Source of the DNA: Alphaproteobacteria bacterium
GTDB taxonomy: Bacteria; Pseudomonadota; Alphaproteobacteria; UBA828
Assembly: GCA_963422645.2 (NCBI GenBank)
Contig: CAXXVO010000017.1
Span: 32,001-96,000, forward strand
Direction: 5' to 3'
Length of the DNA: 64,000 nucleotides
Part shown: piece by piece, positions 1 through 10,766 of the stretch
Layout of the letters: each line of letters opens with the position of its first letter
Numbering within the stretch: the stretch's first letter is position 1
Translations under genes and position numbers: made by a program
Notes under the pieces: generated by a model
Seen by the model: the letters and a program-made list of their open reading frames with translations, nothing else
Database searches by the model: none
Told to the model about the DNA's origin: nothing

Positions 1-1
1 G

Positions 2-604
2 ACCAATGCCTTCGAGCGCGCCCGGCTCCGTGCGGGCGAGCGGCTGCTCGTCCACGGCGGCAGCAGCGGCATCGGCACCACCGCGATCCAGATCGCGTCC
101 GCGTTGGGGGTCCGCGTCTTTGCCACCGCCGGCTCGGCGGAGAAATGTGCCGCCTGCGAAGGCCTCGGCGCCGAGCGGGCGATCGACTACCGCAACGAGG
201 ATTTCGTCACCGTGGTGAAGGAGATCACCGGCGGCGAAGGTGTCGATGTGGTGCTCGACATGGTGGGCGGCGGCTACGTGCAGCGTAATCTCGCAGCGCT
301 CCGGCCTGAGGGCCGGCTGGCACAGATCGCCTTCCTCGAAAGCTCGAAATGCCAACTCGACCTCAGCACGCTTATGCGCAAGCGGCTCACCATCGTGGGC
401 TCCACGCTCAGGCCGCAGAGCGTGGAGAGCAAGGCCCGCATCGCCGCCGCGCTGGAGGAGACCGTCTGGCCACTCATCGAAGCGGGGCTGGTGCGACCGG
501 TCATCGACACCCGGCTTCCCCTCGAGCAGGCGGCAGCCGCCCACGCCCGCATGGAGGCGGGCCAGCACATCGGCAAAATCCTGCTGGAGAGCCCTCACGA
601 CTAA
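2..604 (+). CDS. NAD(P)H-quinone oxidoreductase, PIG3/zeta-crystallin family (5' end outside window)
   Basis: Frame open from base 2: LLVHGGSSGIGTTAIQ nucleotide-binding motif, GVDVVLDMVGG, C-terminal HIGKILL. Confidence 0.9.
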   Translation, partial: TNAFERARLRAGERLLVHGGSSGIGTTAIQIASALGVRVFATAGSAEKCAACEGLGAERAIDYRNEDFVTVVKEITGGEGVDVVLDMVGGGYVQRNLAALRPEGRLAQIAFLESSKCQLDLSTLMRKRLTIVGSTLRPQSVESKARIAAALEETVWPLIEAGLVRPVIDTRLPLEQAAAAHARMEAGQHIGKILLESPHD

Positions 605-733
605 GGCCGCATGAACTGCGGCTTTGCGCTCCTTACATCTAGGCGATATACCGACCGCCTCACGCGTGGCTGCGGGCGATGATACCGGCCGTGGCACAGC
701 CGCGTGCGGGCAGCAGTGGAAGGAACGCATAAG

Positions 734-1495
734 ATGGCCGAGTTGCTGATGCCCAAGGCCACGGCGGTGTGGCTGATAGACAACACCACGCTCACGTTCC
801 ATCAGATCGCGGCGTTCTGCGACCTGCATCCGCTCGAGGTGCAGGGCATCGCCGATGGGGAGGTCGCGATCGGCATTCGCGGCCTCGACCCCGTCGTCAA
901 TGGGCAGGTCAGCCGTGAGGAGATCCAGCGCTGCGAAGAGGATTCCTCCCAGCGACTGGAGGCCATCGGTCCGGCCTCGGCGGTGCCGCAGCGCACCCGG
1001 CGCGCCCGCTATACGCCGGTCAGCAAGCGGCAGGATCGCCCCAACGCCATCTCCTGGCTGCTCAAGAACTATGACGAGCTGAGTGACGCGCAGATTGGCA
1101 AGCTGCTTGGCACCACCAAGGCGACGATCAGCGCCGTGCGCGAGCGGACTCACTGGAACACGCCCAACATCACGCCGCAGGACCCGATCCTGCTGGGTAT
1201 TTGCAACGAGGCGGAGCTTCTCGACGCGGTGCGCAAGGCGCGCGCCAGGGCGGAACGGGCAGCGGCGCGGGACGAGAAGGCCGCCCAGGTGGCCGCAGCC
1301 GCCGCAACCGCCACAGCCGCCGCAGCCGCCGCAACCGCCGCCGCCGCAGAGCCAGAGGCGACACCGGCTCAGCCGGTCGATGACGCGCCGTCAACCGCCG
1401 CCGCCGGCCCGCCCGATACCGGCAAGCCCGATACCGGCATGCCGGGCGAAGGCAGCGGGCCCGCGGGCGTATTGCAGCCGGAAGCGGCAGACTAG
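734..1495 (+). CDS. trcR: DUF1013 family protein (TrcR-like transcription regulator) with Ala/Pro-rich C-terminal tail
   Basis: LMPKATAVWLIDNTTLTF...LHPLEVQGIADGEV and RYTPVSKRQDRPNAISWL are characteristic of alphaproteobacterial DUF1013. Confidence 0.8.
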   Translation: MAELLMPKATAVWLIDNTTLTFHQIAAFCDLHPLEVQGIADGEVAIGIRGLDPVVNGQVSREEIQRCEEDSSQRLEAIGPASAVPQRTRRARYTPVSKRQDRPNAISWLLKNYDELSDAQIGKLLGTTKATISAVRERTHWNTPNITPQDPILLGICNEAELLDAVRKARARAERAAARDEKAAQVAAAAATATAAAAAATAAAAEPEATPAQPVDDAPSTAAAGPPDTGKPDTGMPGEGSGPAGVLQPEAAD

Positions 1496-1577
1496 CTGGG
1501 GAATTGGGCCGCGCTGCGCTGCGCCGGCCTCGGGGCCGGTCGCGGCGGGAGTCATCGATACAGGGGAAGGAACGACC

Positions 1578-2696
1578 ATGCTGATCGGCGTTCCCAAGGA
1601 AACCAAGATCCACGAGTACCGTGTCGGCATCCCGCCCGCCGGCGTGCGCGAGCTCGTGCAGCACGGCCATCGGGTTATGGTCGAGAAGGACGCCGGCACC
1701 GAGATCGGCCTCCTCGACGTTCACTACGAACGCGCCGGCGCCCAAGTGGTGGATGATGCAGCGGAGATCTTCGGCGCGGCCGAGATGATCGTGAAGGTGA
1801 AAGAGCCTCATCCGGCCGAGTGCGCCATGCTGCGGGCCGACCAGGTGCTCTTCACCTATCTCCACCTTGCGGCCGATGCCGCCCAGACCGACGCCCTGAT
1901 CGATTCCGGCTGCATCGCCATCGCCTACGAGACCGTGACCGATGCGCGGGGCGGCCTGCCGCTGCTCGCGCCGATGAGCGAGGTTGCTGGCCGCATGTCG
2001 ATCCAGGCCGGCGCTCATTGCCTCGAAAAGGAGCAGGGGGGCCGCGGCGTCCTGCTCGGCGGCGTTCCCGGCGTGCCTCCTGCCGACGTGGTGATCCTGG
2101 GCGGCGGCGTGGTGGGCACGCATGCAGCCCGCATGGCGGTCGGCATGGGAGCGCGGGTCACGATCATCGACCGCTCGATCCCGCGCCTCCGTCAGCTGGA
2201 GGAGATCTTCGGCGCCAGCGCCACGACCGTCTACTCCACCGTCCAGGCCATCGAGGAGACGGTCAACAACGCCGATCTGGTGATCGGCGCGGTGCTCGTC
2301 GTCGGCGCCGCTGCACCCAAGCTGGTGCGCCGCGACATGTTGGACGAGATGCGCCGCAACGCCGTCGTGGTCGACGTGGCGATCGACCAGGGTGGCTGCT
2401 TCGAGACCAGCCGGCCGACCACCCACGCCGATCCCACCTACAAGGTGGCCAACATCCTGCACTACTGCGTCACCAACATGCCGGGTGCCGTGGCCCGCAC
2501 CTCGACATTCGCGCTCAGCAACGCGACGCTGCCTTTCGTGCTCGCGCTCGCGGGGAAGGGCTGGCGCAAGGCCATGCACGACGATTCTCACCTCATGCAC
2601 GGCCTCAATGTCTGCCAGGGGCGCGTCACCCACGAGGCCGTCGCGCTCGACCTCGGCCACGATTACCTCGCGCCGGAGCACGCGCTCGCCGCTTAG
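1578..2696 (+). CDS. ald: alanine dehydrogenase
   Basis: [16 protein letters not shown] start, [34 protein letters not shown]; purine-rich RBS before ATG 1578. Confidence 0.95.
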   Translation: MLIGVPKETKIHEYRVGIPPAGVRELVQHGHRVMVEKDAGTEIGLLDVHYERAGAQVVDDAAEIFGAAEMIVKVKEPHPAECAMLRADQVLFTYLHLAADAAQTDALIDSGCIAIAYETVTDARGGLPLLAPMSEVAGRMSIQAGAHCLEKEQGGRGVLLGGVPGVPPADVVILGGGVVGTHAARMAVGMGARVTIIDRSIPRLRQLEEIFGASATTVYSTVQAIEETVNNADLVIGAVLVVGAAAPKLVRRDMLDEMRRNAVVVDVAIDQGGCFETSRPTTHADPTYKVANILHYCVTNMPGAVARTSTFALSNATLPFVLALAGKGWRKAMHDDSHLMHGLNVCQGRVTHEAVALDLGHDYLAPEHALAA

Positions 2697-2733
2697 CCCG
2701 GCGCCAAGAACCGACGAAATTCGGGGGATTGCA

Positions 2734-4233
2734 ATGACTGCAACGCTCACTCACTGGATTAACGGCGCCGCCGTGGCGGGCGCGTCCTCGCGCTTTGGCG
2801 ATGTCTACGACCCCTCCGCCGGCGAGGTGGTCGCGCGCGTGCCCTTCGCCAACTCCGACGAGGTGGAGAGCGCCGTGCAGGCAGCGGCGGCGGCCGCGCC
2901 CGGCTGGGCCAAGACTCCTCCCATTCAGAGGGCACGGGTGATCTTCGCGTTCAAGGACCTGGTCGAGAGCCGCAAGGAGGACTTGTCCCGGGTGATAACG
3001 CGTGAACACGGCAAGGTGCTCTCGGACGCGATGGGCTCCGTGTCCCGCGGGATCGAGGTGCTGGAGTTCGCCTGCGGCATCCCGCACCTGCTCAGGGGCG
3101 ACTTCACCCAGTCGGTCGGCACTGGCGTCGACAGCTTCTCCAGCCGTCAGCCGCTCGGCGTGGTGGCCGGTATCACGCCCTTCAACTTCCCGGCCATGGT
3201 GCCGATGTGGATGTTCCCGGTCGCTATCGCCTGCGGCAACACGTTCATCCTGAAGCCGTCGGAGAAGGACCCCACGGCCGCGATGATGCTTGCCGAGTGG
3301 CTGAAGGAGGCCGGCTGCCCCGACGGCGTCTTCAACGTCGTCCACGGCGACAAGGAGGCGGTGGATGCGATCCTCACCCATCCGGACATCGCTGCGGTGA
3401 GCTTCGTCGGCTCCACGCCCATCGCCGAATACGTCTATCAGACCGGCTGCGCCCACGGTAAGCGGGTGCAGGCGCTGGGCGGCGCCAAGAACCACGCGGT
3501 GGTGATGCCCGACGCCGATCTCACGATGGCGAGCGATGCCCTCATCGGCGCGGCCTACGGCTCCGCCGGGGAGCGCTGCATGGCGGTCTCGGTGGCCGTG
3601 GCGATCGGCGACAAGGTGGGCGATGCGCTGATCGAGGACCTCAAGCCCAAGATCGAGAGCATCAAGGTGGGACCGGGGACAGACGGCGAGGCCGACATGG
3701 GCCCGCTGGTGACCAAGGCCCACTTTGACAAGGTGCGGGGCTACGTCGATCTCGGCGTGGAGGAAGGCGCGGAGCTGGTGATCGACGGCCGCGACCTCGC
3801 CCTCCAGGGCTACGAGAACGGCTACTTCATCGGCCCCTGCCTCTTCGACCGGGTCACGCCGGACATGCGCATCTACAAGGAGGAGATTTTCGGGCCGGTG
3901 CTCTCCGTGGTCCGCGCGCCGGACTACGACTCCGCGCTGCAGATGGTCAACGAGCACGAGTTCGGCAACGGGGTGGCGATCTTCACCCGCGACGGCGACG
4001 CCGCGCGCGAGTTCGCGAACAAAGTGGAAATCGGCATGGTCGGCGTCAACGTGCCGATTCCCGTGCCGGTCGCCTATCACAGCTTCGGCGGCTGGAAGCG
4101 CTCGCTCTTCGGCGACCACGCCATGCACGGCATGGAGGGCGTGCGCTTCTATACCAAGCTCAAGACCGTGACCTCCCGCTGGCCGACCGGCATCCGCTCA
4201 GGCGTCGATCTCTCCTTCCCTATGATGTCGTAG
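2734..4233 (+). CDS. mmsA: CoA-acylating (methyl)malonate-semialdehyde dehydrogenase
   Basis: [29 protein letters not shown] catalytic Cys, [18 protein letters not shown]. Confidence 0.93.
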   Translation: MTATLTHWINGAAVAGASSRFGDVYDPSAGEVVARVPFANSDEVESAVQAAAAAAPGWAKTPPIQRARVIFAFKDLVESRKEDLSRVITREHGKVLSDAMGSVSRGIEVLEFACGIPHLLRGDFTQSVGTGVDSFSSRQPLGVVAGITPFNFPAMVPMWMFPVAIACGNTFILKPSEKDPTAAMMLAEWLKEAGCPDGVFNVVHGDKEAVDAILTHPDIAAVSFVGSTPIAEYVYQTGCAHGKRVQALGGAKNHAVVMPDADLTMASDALIGAAYGSAGERCMAVSVAVAIGDKVGDALIEDLKPKIESIKVGPGTDGEADMGPLVTKAHFDKVRGYVDLGVEEGAELVIDGRDLALQGYENGYFIGPCLFDRVTPDMRIYKEEIFGPVLSVVRAPDYDSALQMVNEHEFGNGVAIFTRDGDAAREFANKVEIGMVGVNVPIPVPVAYHSFGGWKRSLFGDHAMHGMEGVRFYTKLKTVTSRWPTGIRSGVDLSFPMMS

Positions 4234-4270
4234 CGCCGCGGCGGCTGGGGCCGCAGGAGAGCCGAGAGCG

Positions 4271-5680
4271 ATGGGCAACGACGAACTCTCCTACCTCTCG
4301 GCGACAGAGGCCGCGGCTCTCATTCGGGACGGCGCGCTCTCGTCCACAGACCTGGTAACGAACGCGCTCGCGCGGATCGAGGAGATCAACCCCACCCTCA
4401 ACTGCTTCTGCTTCACCTACCCTGCGGAGGCCATCGAGGAGGCGCGGGCGGCGGAGCGGGCGATCGCCGCCGGCGACGATGTGGGCCCGCTGCATGGCGT
4501 TCCCATCGCCATCAAGGACCTCACGCCGACCAAGGGCAAGACGACGACCTTCGGCTCTTACGCCTACAAGGATTGGGTGCCGGACGACGATGCGCTCGTG
4601 GTGCAGCGCCTGCGCGAGGCAGGCGCCATCATGGTGGGCAAGACGACGACGCCGGAGTTTGCCTTCTCCAGCCTCACGGACAGTCCCCTGTGGGGCATCA
4701 CCCGCAATCCGTGGAACCCCGACCACACGCCGGGCGGATCGTCGGGCGGCTCCGCTGCCGCCGTGGTTGCCGGCTGCGTGCCGCTGGCCGAAGGCTCGGA
4801 CGCCGGCGGCTCGGTGCGGATTCCCGCTTCGCACAGCGGCTGCGTGGGGCTGAAGCCTAGTTCCGGCCGCATCCCCTTCGAATTCCTGCCGACCCAGTTC
4901 GACTACATGTGCTGCCACGGCCCGCTCTCGCGCACCGTCGCCGATGCCGCGCTGTTCCTGAAGCTCTGCCAAGGGCCCGACGAGCGCGACCTCAATTCCT
5001 TGGCGCCCGCTCTTTCGGTCGACGTGCCGGCGGCGCACGACGTTCGAGGCCTGCGTCTCGCGCTCTCCATCGACCTCGGCTACTACCGCATCGATCCTGA
5101 CGTCGAGGCGAACACCCGCGCCGCTGCCGCCGCTCTGGAGCAGGCGGGGGCCGAGATCGAGCCCGTCGAGCTCGGCTGGAGCGCGGCCTTCAACGAGGCA
5201 TGGTGGGCCTATTGGGGCGTTTTTCAGGCCATGCATTTCGGCCACCATCTGGAGCGCTGGCGGGACAAGATGCACCCCTCCGTCGTCGCGTCGATGGAGG
5301 AGGGCCGGAAGATGAGCGCGGTCGATCTGATGAAGACCGAGATGATCTACACCGAGGCCTGGAACACGCTGCGCCCCATCCTCGAGCGCTGCGATGCCCT
5401 GCTCTGCCCGACCGAGGCGATTCCGGCGCCCACGGTCGACTATGACGAGCTCGGCTCCATGGGGAACGATGCGGACGGCCGTCACCAGAGCATGGACATG
5501 ACCATGCAGTTCAACGCGCTCAAGCTGCCGGCGCTCTCGGTTCCCTCCGGCTTTTCCGCGCAGGGCCTGCCCACGGGCCTGCAGATCGTCGGCCGCCGCT
5601 TCGACGACCTGACGGTGCTCTGCATTGGCACCGCGCTCGAAGAGGCACGCCCCTGGCGTCAGCACCGGCCGGACTTGTGA
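4271..5680 (+). CDS. amidase-signature family protein
   Basis: GVPIAIKD, GKTTTPEF, PGGSSGGSAAAV, GSDAGGSVRIPAS (Ser-cisSer-Lys triad). Confidence 0.92.
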   Translation: MGNDELSYLSATEAAALIRDGALSSTDLVTNALARIEEINPTLNCFCFTYPAEAIEEARAAERAIAAGDDVGPLHGVPIAIKDLTPTKGKTTTFGSYAYKDWVPDDDALVVQRLREAGAIMVGKTTTPEFAFSSLTDSPLWGITRNPWNPDHTPGGSSGGSAAAVVAGCVPLAEGSDAGGSVRIPASHSGCVGLKPSSGRIPFEFLPTQFDYMCCHGPLSRTVADAALFLKLCQGPDERDLNSLAPALSVDVPAAHDVRGLRLALSIDLGYYRIDPDVEANTRAAAAALEQAGAEIEPVELGWSAAFNEAWWAYWGVFQAMHFGHHLERWRDKMHPSVVASMEEGRKMSAVDLMKTEMIYTEAWNTLRPILERCDALLCPTEAIPAPTVDYDELGSMGNDADGRHQSMDMTMQFNALKLPALSVPSGFSAQGLPTGLQIVGRRFDDLTVLCIGTALEEARPWRQHRPDL

Positions 5681-5765
5681 AGGAGAGCGGGCCGCGCAAA
5701 GCGTGGCCCTGGTAAGAGTTCCGGGTTAGGCTGCCGGCCTTGGCGGCAGCAGGGGAGCGGTTGTG

Positions 5766-6638
5766 ATGGCGACGGTGAAGGCCGGGCTCATCCAGATGGG
5801 CCTCAAGGGCGAGGTCGAGCACGACACGCCCGAGCGGATCAGTGAGAAGATGATCGCAGCGCACCTGCCCCTCATCGAGCAGGCGGCAAGCGAGGGCGTG
5901 CAGGTGCTAGGGCTCCAGGAGCTCTTCAACCTGCCCTACATCGGCGCGGTTCAGGACAACGCGTGGTACCGGACTGCCGAGCGGGTGCCCGACGGCCCCA
6001 CCGTCCAGCGGATGCAGGCGGAAGCCGCGCGCCTCGGCATGGCGATGGTGGTGCCGGTCTATGAGGAGGCCCAGACCGGCGTCTACTACAACACCGCCGC
6101 CGTGATCGACGCGGACGGCCGCTACCTAGGCAAGTTCCGCAAGATTCACATCCCCCACGTCGTCGGCTTCTGCGAGAAGTACTACTTCAAGCCCGGCGAC
6201 ATCGGCTATCCGGTCTTCGAAACCGCGTTCTGCAAGGTCGGTGTCTACATCTGCTATGACCGGCATTTCCCTGAAGGCTGGCGCGAGCTCGCCATGAACG
6301 GCGCAGAGGTGATCTTCAACCCCTCCGCGACCGCGCGCGGCCTGAGCGATCATCTCTGGAACCTGGAGCAGCCGGCGGCGGCGGTCGCCAACTGCGTCTA
6401 TATCGGCGCCAACAACCGCGTCGGTATGGAGGCGCCGTGGAACACTGGCTACTTCTACGGCTCCAGCTACTTCTGCAATCCGCGCGGTGAAATTCTAGAC
6501 CAGGGGCCGGACGATCGGGATGCTCTGGTCACCGCCGAACTCGACCTCGCCATGATCGCCGAGGTGCGGGACGGGTGGAAATTCTACCGCGATCGCCGGC
6601 CCGAGACCTACGGCGCGGTCGCGTCCTGGCAGGTCTGA
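5766..6638 (+). CDS. nitrilase-family carbon-nitrogen hydrolase (beta-ureidopropionase-like), paralog 1
   Basis: LQELF, KFRKIHIP, VYICYDRHFPE (Glu-Lys-Cys triad), FYRDRRPETY. Confidence 0.88.
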   Translation: MATVKAGLIQMGLKGEVEHDTPERISEKMIAAHLPLIEQAASEGVQVLGLQELFNLPYIGAVQDNAWYRTAERVPDGPTVQRMQAEAARLGMAMVVPVYEEAQTGVYYNTAAVIDADGRYLGKFRKIHIPHVVGFCEKYYFKPGDIGYPVFETAFCKVGVYICYDRHFPEGWRELAMNGAEVIFNPSATARGLSDHLWNLEQPAAAVANCVYIGANNRVGMEAPWNTGYFYGSSYFCNPRGEILDQGPDDRDALVTAELDLAMIAEVRDGWKFYRDRRPETYGAVASWQV

Positions 6639-6662
6639 GCAGGCGAGCGAGAGGAGGCTCCA

Positions 6663-7532
6663 ATGCGCAAGGTCAAGGCAGCCCTCATTCAGATGAGCCT
6701 GAAGGGAGACCCGGCGACGGACTCCATCGAGACGATCCGAGACAACATGATCGCCGCCCACTTGTCGCCGATCGAGGAGGCGGCACGGCAGGGGGTGCAA
6801 GTGCTCGGCCTCCAGGAGGTGTTCAACGCGCCCTACTTCCCCGCCACCATCGACGACAAGTGGTTCGAGTCCGCCGAGGCGGTGCCGGACGGGCCCACGA
6901 CCCAGGCGATGTGCGAGGCGGCGAAGAAGCACGGCATGGTCATCGTCTCGCCGGTCTATGAGCGCGACCGCAGCGGCAAGTTCTACAACACCGCCGCAGT
7001 CATCGATGCGGACGGCAGCTATCTCGGCAAGTTCCGCAAGATTCACATTCCGAAGATCGGGCCTTACGACGAGAAGCACTACTTCGCCTATGGCGACCTT
7101 GGCTACCCGGTGTTCGATACCGCCGTCGGCAAGGTCGGGGTCTATATCTGCTACGACCGCCATTTCCCCGAGGGCTGGCGCGCGCTTGCGCTCAATGGCG
7201 CGGAGCTCGTGTTCAACCCGTCGGCGACCTTCAGGGGTCTCAGCGACCACATCTGGAACCTGGAGCAGGTGGGCGCGGCCATCGCCAACGGCATCTTTAT
7301 CGGCACCAACAACCGGGTCGGCACCGAGCCGACCTTCGGTAACCACGTGTTCTACGGCTCCAGCTATTTCTGCAATCCGCGCGGCGAGATCCTGGCGCAG
7401 GGCGGCGACGAGGACGACGAGCTGGTCGTGGCCGAGCTCGACCTCGACCAGATTCGCGAGGTCCGCGACACGTGGCAGTTCTTCCGCGACCGCCGGCCCG
7501 AGACCTACCAGCACTGCGCCCAACGCCCGTAA
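6663..7532 (+). CDS. nitrilase-family carbon-nitrogen hydrolase (beta-ureidopropionase-like), paralog 2
   Basis: LQEVF, KFRKIHIP, VYICYDRHFPEGWR, FFRDRRPETY; RBS GAGGAGG. Confidence 0.88.
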   Translation: MRKVKAALIQMSLKGDPATDSIETIRDNMIAAHLSPIEEAARQGVQVLGLQEVFNAPYFPATIDDKWFESAEAVPDGPTTQAMCEAAKKHGMVIVSPVYERDRSGKFYNTAAVIDADGSYLGKFRKIHIPKIGPYDEKHYFAYGDLGYPVFDTAVGKVGVYICYDRHFPEGWRALALNGAELVFNPSATFRGLSDHIWNLEQVGAAIANGIFIGTNNRVGTEPTFGNHVFYGSSYFCNPRGEILAQGGDEDDELVVAELDLDQIREVRDTWQFFRDRRPETYQHCAQRP

Positions 7533-7567
7533 GCCTCTGGCCCGCGACGTAGGGGAGTTCGGTACGC

Positions 7568-8440
7568 CTATCGCCGGACGCGTCCGTGCGTGATGGTGCC
7601 GAAAGTCGCGCCCCTGAGCAGTTGATTCTGAAGGACGAAGGTCACCGCGACCACAGGGATCAGGAAGAGCGTCTCGATCGCGGCCAGCCGGCCCCAGTCC
7701 ACGCCGATGCCGCTGCCTAAACTGGCTCCCATGCCGACCGGCACGGTCCGCGTCTCCGGCCCCGTCAGCAGCAGCGCCATCAGAAACTCGTTCCAGGTGA
7801 GGATCAGCCCGAGCGTCGCCGTCGCCGCGATGCCGGCCTTCACCTGCGGCAGGCAGACGCGGAAGAAGACTCGCCATTCGGAGCTGCCGTCGGTTCGCGC
7901 GGCGTCTTCCACCTCGCGCGGAAGGTCGTCGAAGAAGCTCTTCATCATCCAGATGGCGAAGGGCAGGTTGAACGCGGTGTAGAGCAGGATGATGCCGAGG
8001 TAGCTGCCGGCCAGCCCGGTCATGCGGAAGATCACGAAGAGCGGGATGATGAGGACGATGGGCGGCAGCATCCGCGTGGTCAGGATGACGAGCAGGTAGG
8101 TGTCGTTGCCGCGTAGCGGCCAGCGCGAGAAGCCGTAGGCCGCGCCGGTGCCGAGGATCAGCGCGAGTCCTACGCTCGCGCCCGAGATCACGATGCTGTT
8201 GACGAAATAAAGCTCGAACCCGGTCTCGACCAGCGCGCCGCCCTGGTAGTGCACGCGCGCGAAGATGTTGGCGAAGTTGTCGAGGGTGGGCGTGAAGACC
8301 AGTGTCGAGGTGAGGATGTCGCGCGGGCTCTTGAACGCGGTGAGCACGATCCAGAGCACGGGCAGGAAGTAGACGAAGCCCACGACGGCGCAGAGCGCAG
8401 TGCGCCCCCAGCCGGCCCGATCGATTGCGCGCCGCCGCAT
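7568..8440 (-). CDS. carbohydrate ABC transporter permease (MalG-type)
   Basis: C-terminal part of ORF 7568..10117 from ATG 8440: hydrophobic helices and EAA-like loop FFDDLPREVEDAARTDGSS. Confidence 0.85.
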   Translation of the reverse strand: MRRRAIDRAGWGRTALCAVVGFVYFLPVLWIVLTAFKSPRDILTSTLVFTPTLDNFANIFARVHYQGGALVETGFELYFVNSIVISGASVGLALILGTGAAYGFSRWPLRGNDTYLLVILTTRMLPPIVLIIPLFVIFRMTGLAGSYLGIILLYTAFNLPFAIWMMKSFFDDLPREVEDAARTDGSSEWRVFFRVCLPQVKAGIAATATLGLILTWNEFLMALLLTGPETRTVPVGMGASLGSGIGVDWGRLAAIETLFLIPVVAVTFVLQNQLLRGATFGTITHGRVRR

Positions 8441-8472
8441 CACGCCTCGGCCGCGCCCTCGGCCCTCGCGCC

Positions 8473-10158
8473 TCAGGCCGGTAGCGCGGTGGGCCAGCGC
8501 CGGTGCCAGTCCGTCTCGCGCTGGTACTGGTGGCCGAGGCGGAACAGCAGGGGCTCGGCGAAGGGCCGGCCGATGAGCTGGAACGAGGTCGGCATGCCGT
8601 CGGGCGTGAAGCCGCAGGTCGCGCTCAGTGCTGGCAGACCGAGATAGTTCACCACGCGCGTGTTGCGGGTGAGGCCGACGACCATCTTCAAGTACGCGGG
8701 TCCGTCGCGGTAGGCGGTGTCCGCGAGCGTCGGCGTCGGCATGGGCAGAACCGGGGTCAGCAGCGCATCGCAGGCGCCGAAGACGGCGTCGGCGAAGGTG
8801 CGGAGTGCATGGGCGCGGTATTGCAGGGCATTGATGTAGTCGGTCGCGGGGATGAAGAAGCCCGCCTGCAGGCGCTTGCCCACCTCGTCGGAATAATCCT
8901 CGTCGTGCGCGCGCTTCCAGGGCAGGTGGTTGGCGGCGCCCTCGGCCTTCATCACCAAGGGGTGGATTACAGAGACGGTATCCAGTGAAGCCGGCATGAC
9001 GACCGGCACGAGAGTGGCGCCGAGGCCGGTCAAGACCGCATGCGTGGCTTCGATCGCGGCCGCCACGCCGGGGTCGAGGTCTTCGTCGAAATAGCCCTGC
9101 GGAATGCCGATGCGCACGCCCTTCAGGCTCTGCTCGATTGTGGCCTCGTAGTCCGGCACCGGCTCGGCGCTCGTGGTGGCGTCGTTCTCGTCGGCGCCCG
9201 CGATCACGCCGAGCACCCGGGCGCAATCCCGCACCGTCCGCGCCAGCGGCCCCATCACGTCGAGCGACCATGACATCGGCATGCAGCCGAAGCGGCTGAC
9301 GCGGCCCTGCGTCGGGTTGATGCCGGCCACGCCGTTTGCGGCCGCCGGGCAGCGGATCGAGCCGCCGGTGTCGGAGCCCAAAGCGGCGTAAACCAGGCGG
9401 CCCGCCACCGCCGTGCCCGAGCCCGACGAGGAGCCGCAAGGGATGCGCTCGAAATCCCAGACGTTGCGGCAGCGCGGCAGGTGGGCGTTGAAACCGTGGG
9501 GCCCCATGGCGAACTCGACCATGGCGAGCCCGCCCAGGTCGATGGCGCCGGCCGCATCGAGGCGCTGGAGAACCGTCGCGGTCGCAGCCGGGCGGAACTC
9601 GCGGCGGATTCTGGAGCCGCAAGAGGAGACCTTGCCGGCCCGGTAGTACATGTCCTTGTGCGCGAGCGGCACGCCCGCGAGCGGGCCGGCTGCGCCGTCT
9701 CGACCCCGGTTGCGGTCCATCTCCCCCGCGCGCGCAAGCGCGTCCTCGCGGTCGGGGTGGATGAAGGCATGGAGTTGCGGGTCCAGCCGGTCGATGCGCG
9801 CGAGCGCCGCTTCCACCAGGTCGGTGGCGGAAAGCGCGCCGCTCGCCACCCCGTCCGCCGCCTCGCAGAGGCTGAGGGCCGCGATCTCGTCCGTGCCTCC
9901 GGTTGCGCCAGCGCCAGCGTCGCGCGGGCCGCCCGCGTCGGCATCCGCGTGCGCACCCTCTTCGGTGGTTCTCAGCGCGTGCAGCGCCTGCTCGAAGGAG
10001 GCCGGCAGCCGATCGAAGTCGTGGTCGGGGCGCGCGGCCTCCACTGCGGCGTGCAACTGACCCAGCTCGATGGGGAGCTCGGCGGTCCTCTCGTCGGAGA
10101 GAGGAATGCCCTGGCACTCCCGGTTCAGCCTATCGATCGTCTCGCTGCTGATCGCCAC
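8473..10158 (-). CDS. amidase-signature protein with an extra N-terminal helical domain
   Basis: GVPLAHKD, CGSSSGSG, GSDTGGSIRCPA; GTG start at 10158 after GAGGGAGGGAG. Confidence 0.85.
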   Translation of the reverse strand: MAISSETIDRLNRECQGIPLSDERTAELPIELGQLHAAVEAARPDHDFDRLPASFEQALHALRTTEEGAHADADAGGPRDAGAGATGGTDEIAALSLCEAADGVASGALSATDLVEAALARIDRLDPQLHAFIHPDREDALARAGEMDRNRGRDGAAGPLAGVPLAHKDMYYRAGKVSSCGSRIRREFRPAATATVLQRLDAAGAIDLGGLAMVEFAMGPHGFNAHLPRCRNVWDFERIPCGSSSGSGTAVAGRLVYAALGSDTGGSIRCPAAANGVAGINPTQGRVSRFGCMPMSWSLDVMGPLARTVRDCARVLGVIAGADENDATTSAEPVPDYEATIEQSLKGVRIGIPQGYFDEDLDPGVAAAIEATHAVLTGLGATLVPVVMPASLDTVSVIHPLVMKAEGAANHLPWKRAHDEDYSDEVGKRLQAGFFIPATDYINALQYRAHALRTFADAVFGACDALLTPVLPMPTPTLADTAYRDGPAYLKMVVGLTRNTRVVNYLGLPALSATCGFTPDGMPTSFQLIGRPFAEPLLFRLGHQYQRETDWHRRWPTALPA

Positions 10159-10169
10159 GGCTCCCTCCC

Positions 10170-10712
10170 TCATGCCCCACGGATGGCGTCCGCCACTCTG
10201 CGCCAGAACACCTCGTCCCACCAGCGCCGCGCGGCGCCAGAGGTCGACGGCAGCACGTGGATCGCCGTCTCGCCGATGCGCCTCGGCTGCGCCCCGTAGT
10301 CCAGGGTCTCCGCGTCAAGGAAGACGCCCGCCGCCCGCTTGCCGTTGAAGGCCAGGACCGCGGGCCGGTGTTGTGCGATCTTGGCGGTGAGCGCGGCGGC
10401 ATCGTCGGCTTGCCGGGAGAGATCGGTGTCCGCGCCCGATTCCGTCTTGCAGAGGTCGGTCAAGCCGATGCCGTGGCGCAGAACGGTGCGGAACTCGGCC
10501 GGCGCGAGCAGGCGGGGCGTGAGCCCCACGCGGTAGAGCGTCGGCCAGAAGTGGTTGCCGGGGCCGGCATAGTAGGCGCCGACGCGCGCTGATACCGCGC
10601 CTGCCGCCGAGCCGCAGAAGACGATGCGCAGCCCGGGGCCGAGCACGTCGGGCAGGACATCCGGCAGGGTCGGGGCAGCCATAGGCTGGGGCTTGCCTCC
10701 TCTTGCGCTCAC
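10170..10712 (-). CDS. mug: mismatch-specific uracil-DNA glycosylase (MUG/TDG family); start may be 10682
   Basis: LPDVLGPGLRIVFCG, YYAGPGNHFW, GIGLTDL, LAFNGK, VLPSTSG. Confidence 0.85.
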   Translation of the reverse strand: MSARGGKPQPMAAPTLPDVLPDVLGPGLRIVFCGSAAGAVSARVGAYYAGPGNHFWPTLYRVGLTPRLLAPAEFRTVLRHGIGLTDLCKTESGADTDLSRQADDAAALTAKIAQHRPAVLAFNGKRAAGVFLDAETLDYGAQPRRIGETAIHVLPSTSGAARRWWDEVFWRRVADAIRGA

Positions 10713-10766
10713 CAGCGCGCTCTATCATAGACAGTCTGCGGTTGACGACAGCGGAGGAGCGGGACG

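Noticed and set aside
1290-1445. GCC/GCA-rich repeats and a 13-bp tandem repeat
   Set aside because: They encode the low-complexity Ala-rich and PDTG tail of the DUF1013 protein; not an array.
7568-10117. 849-aa ORF as one protein
   Set aside because: Only the last 290 aa are a permease; the rest is an off-frame shadow of the amidase.
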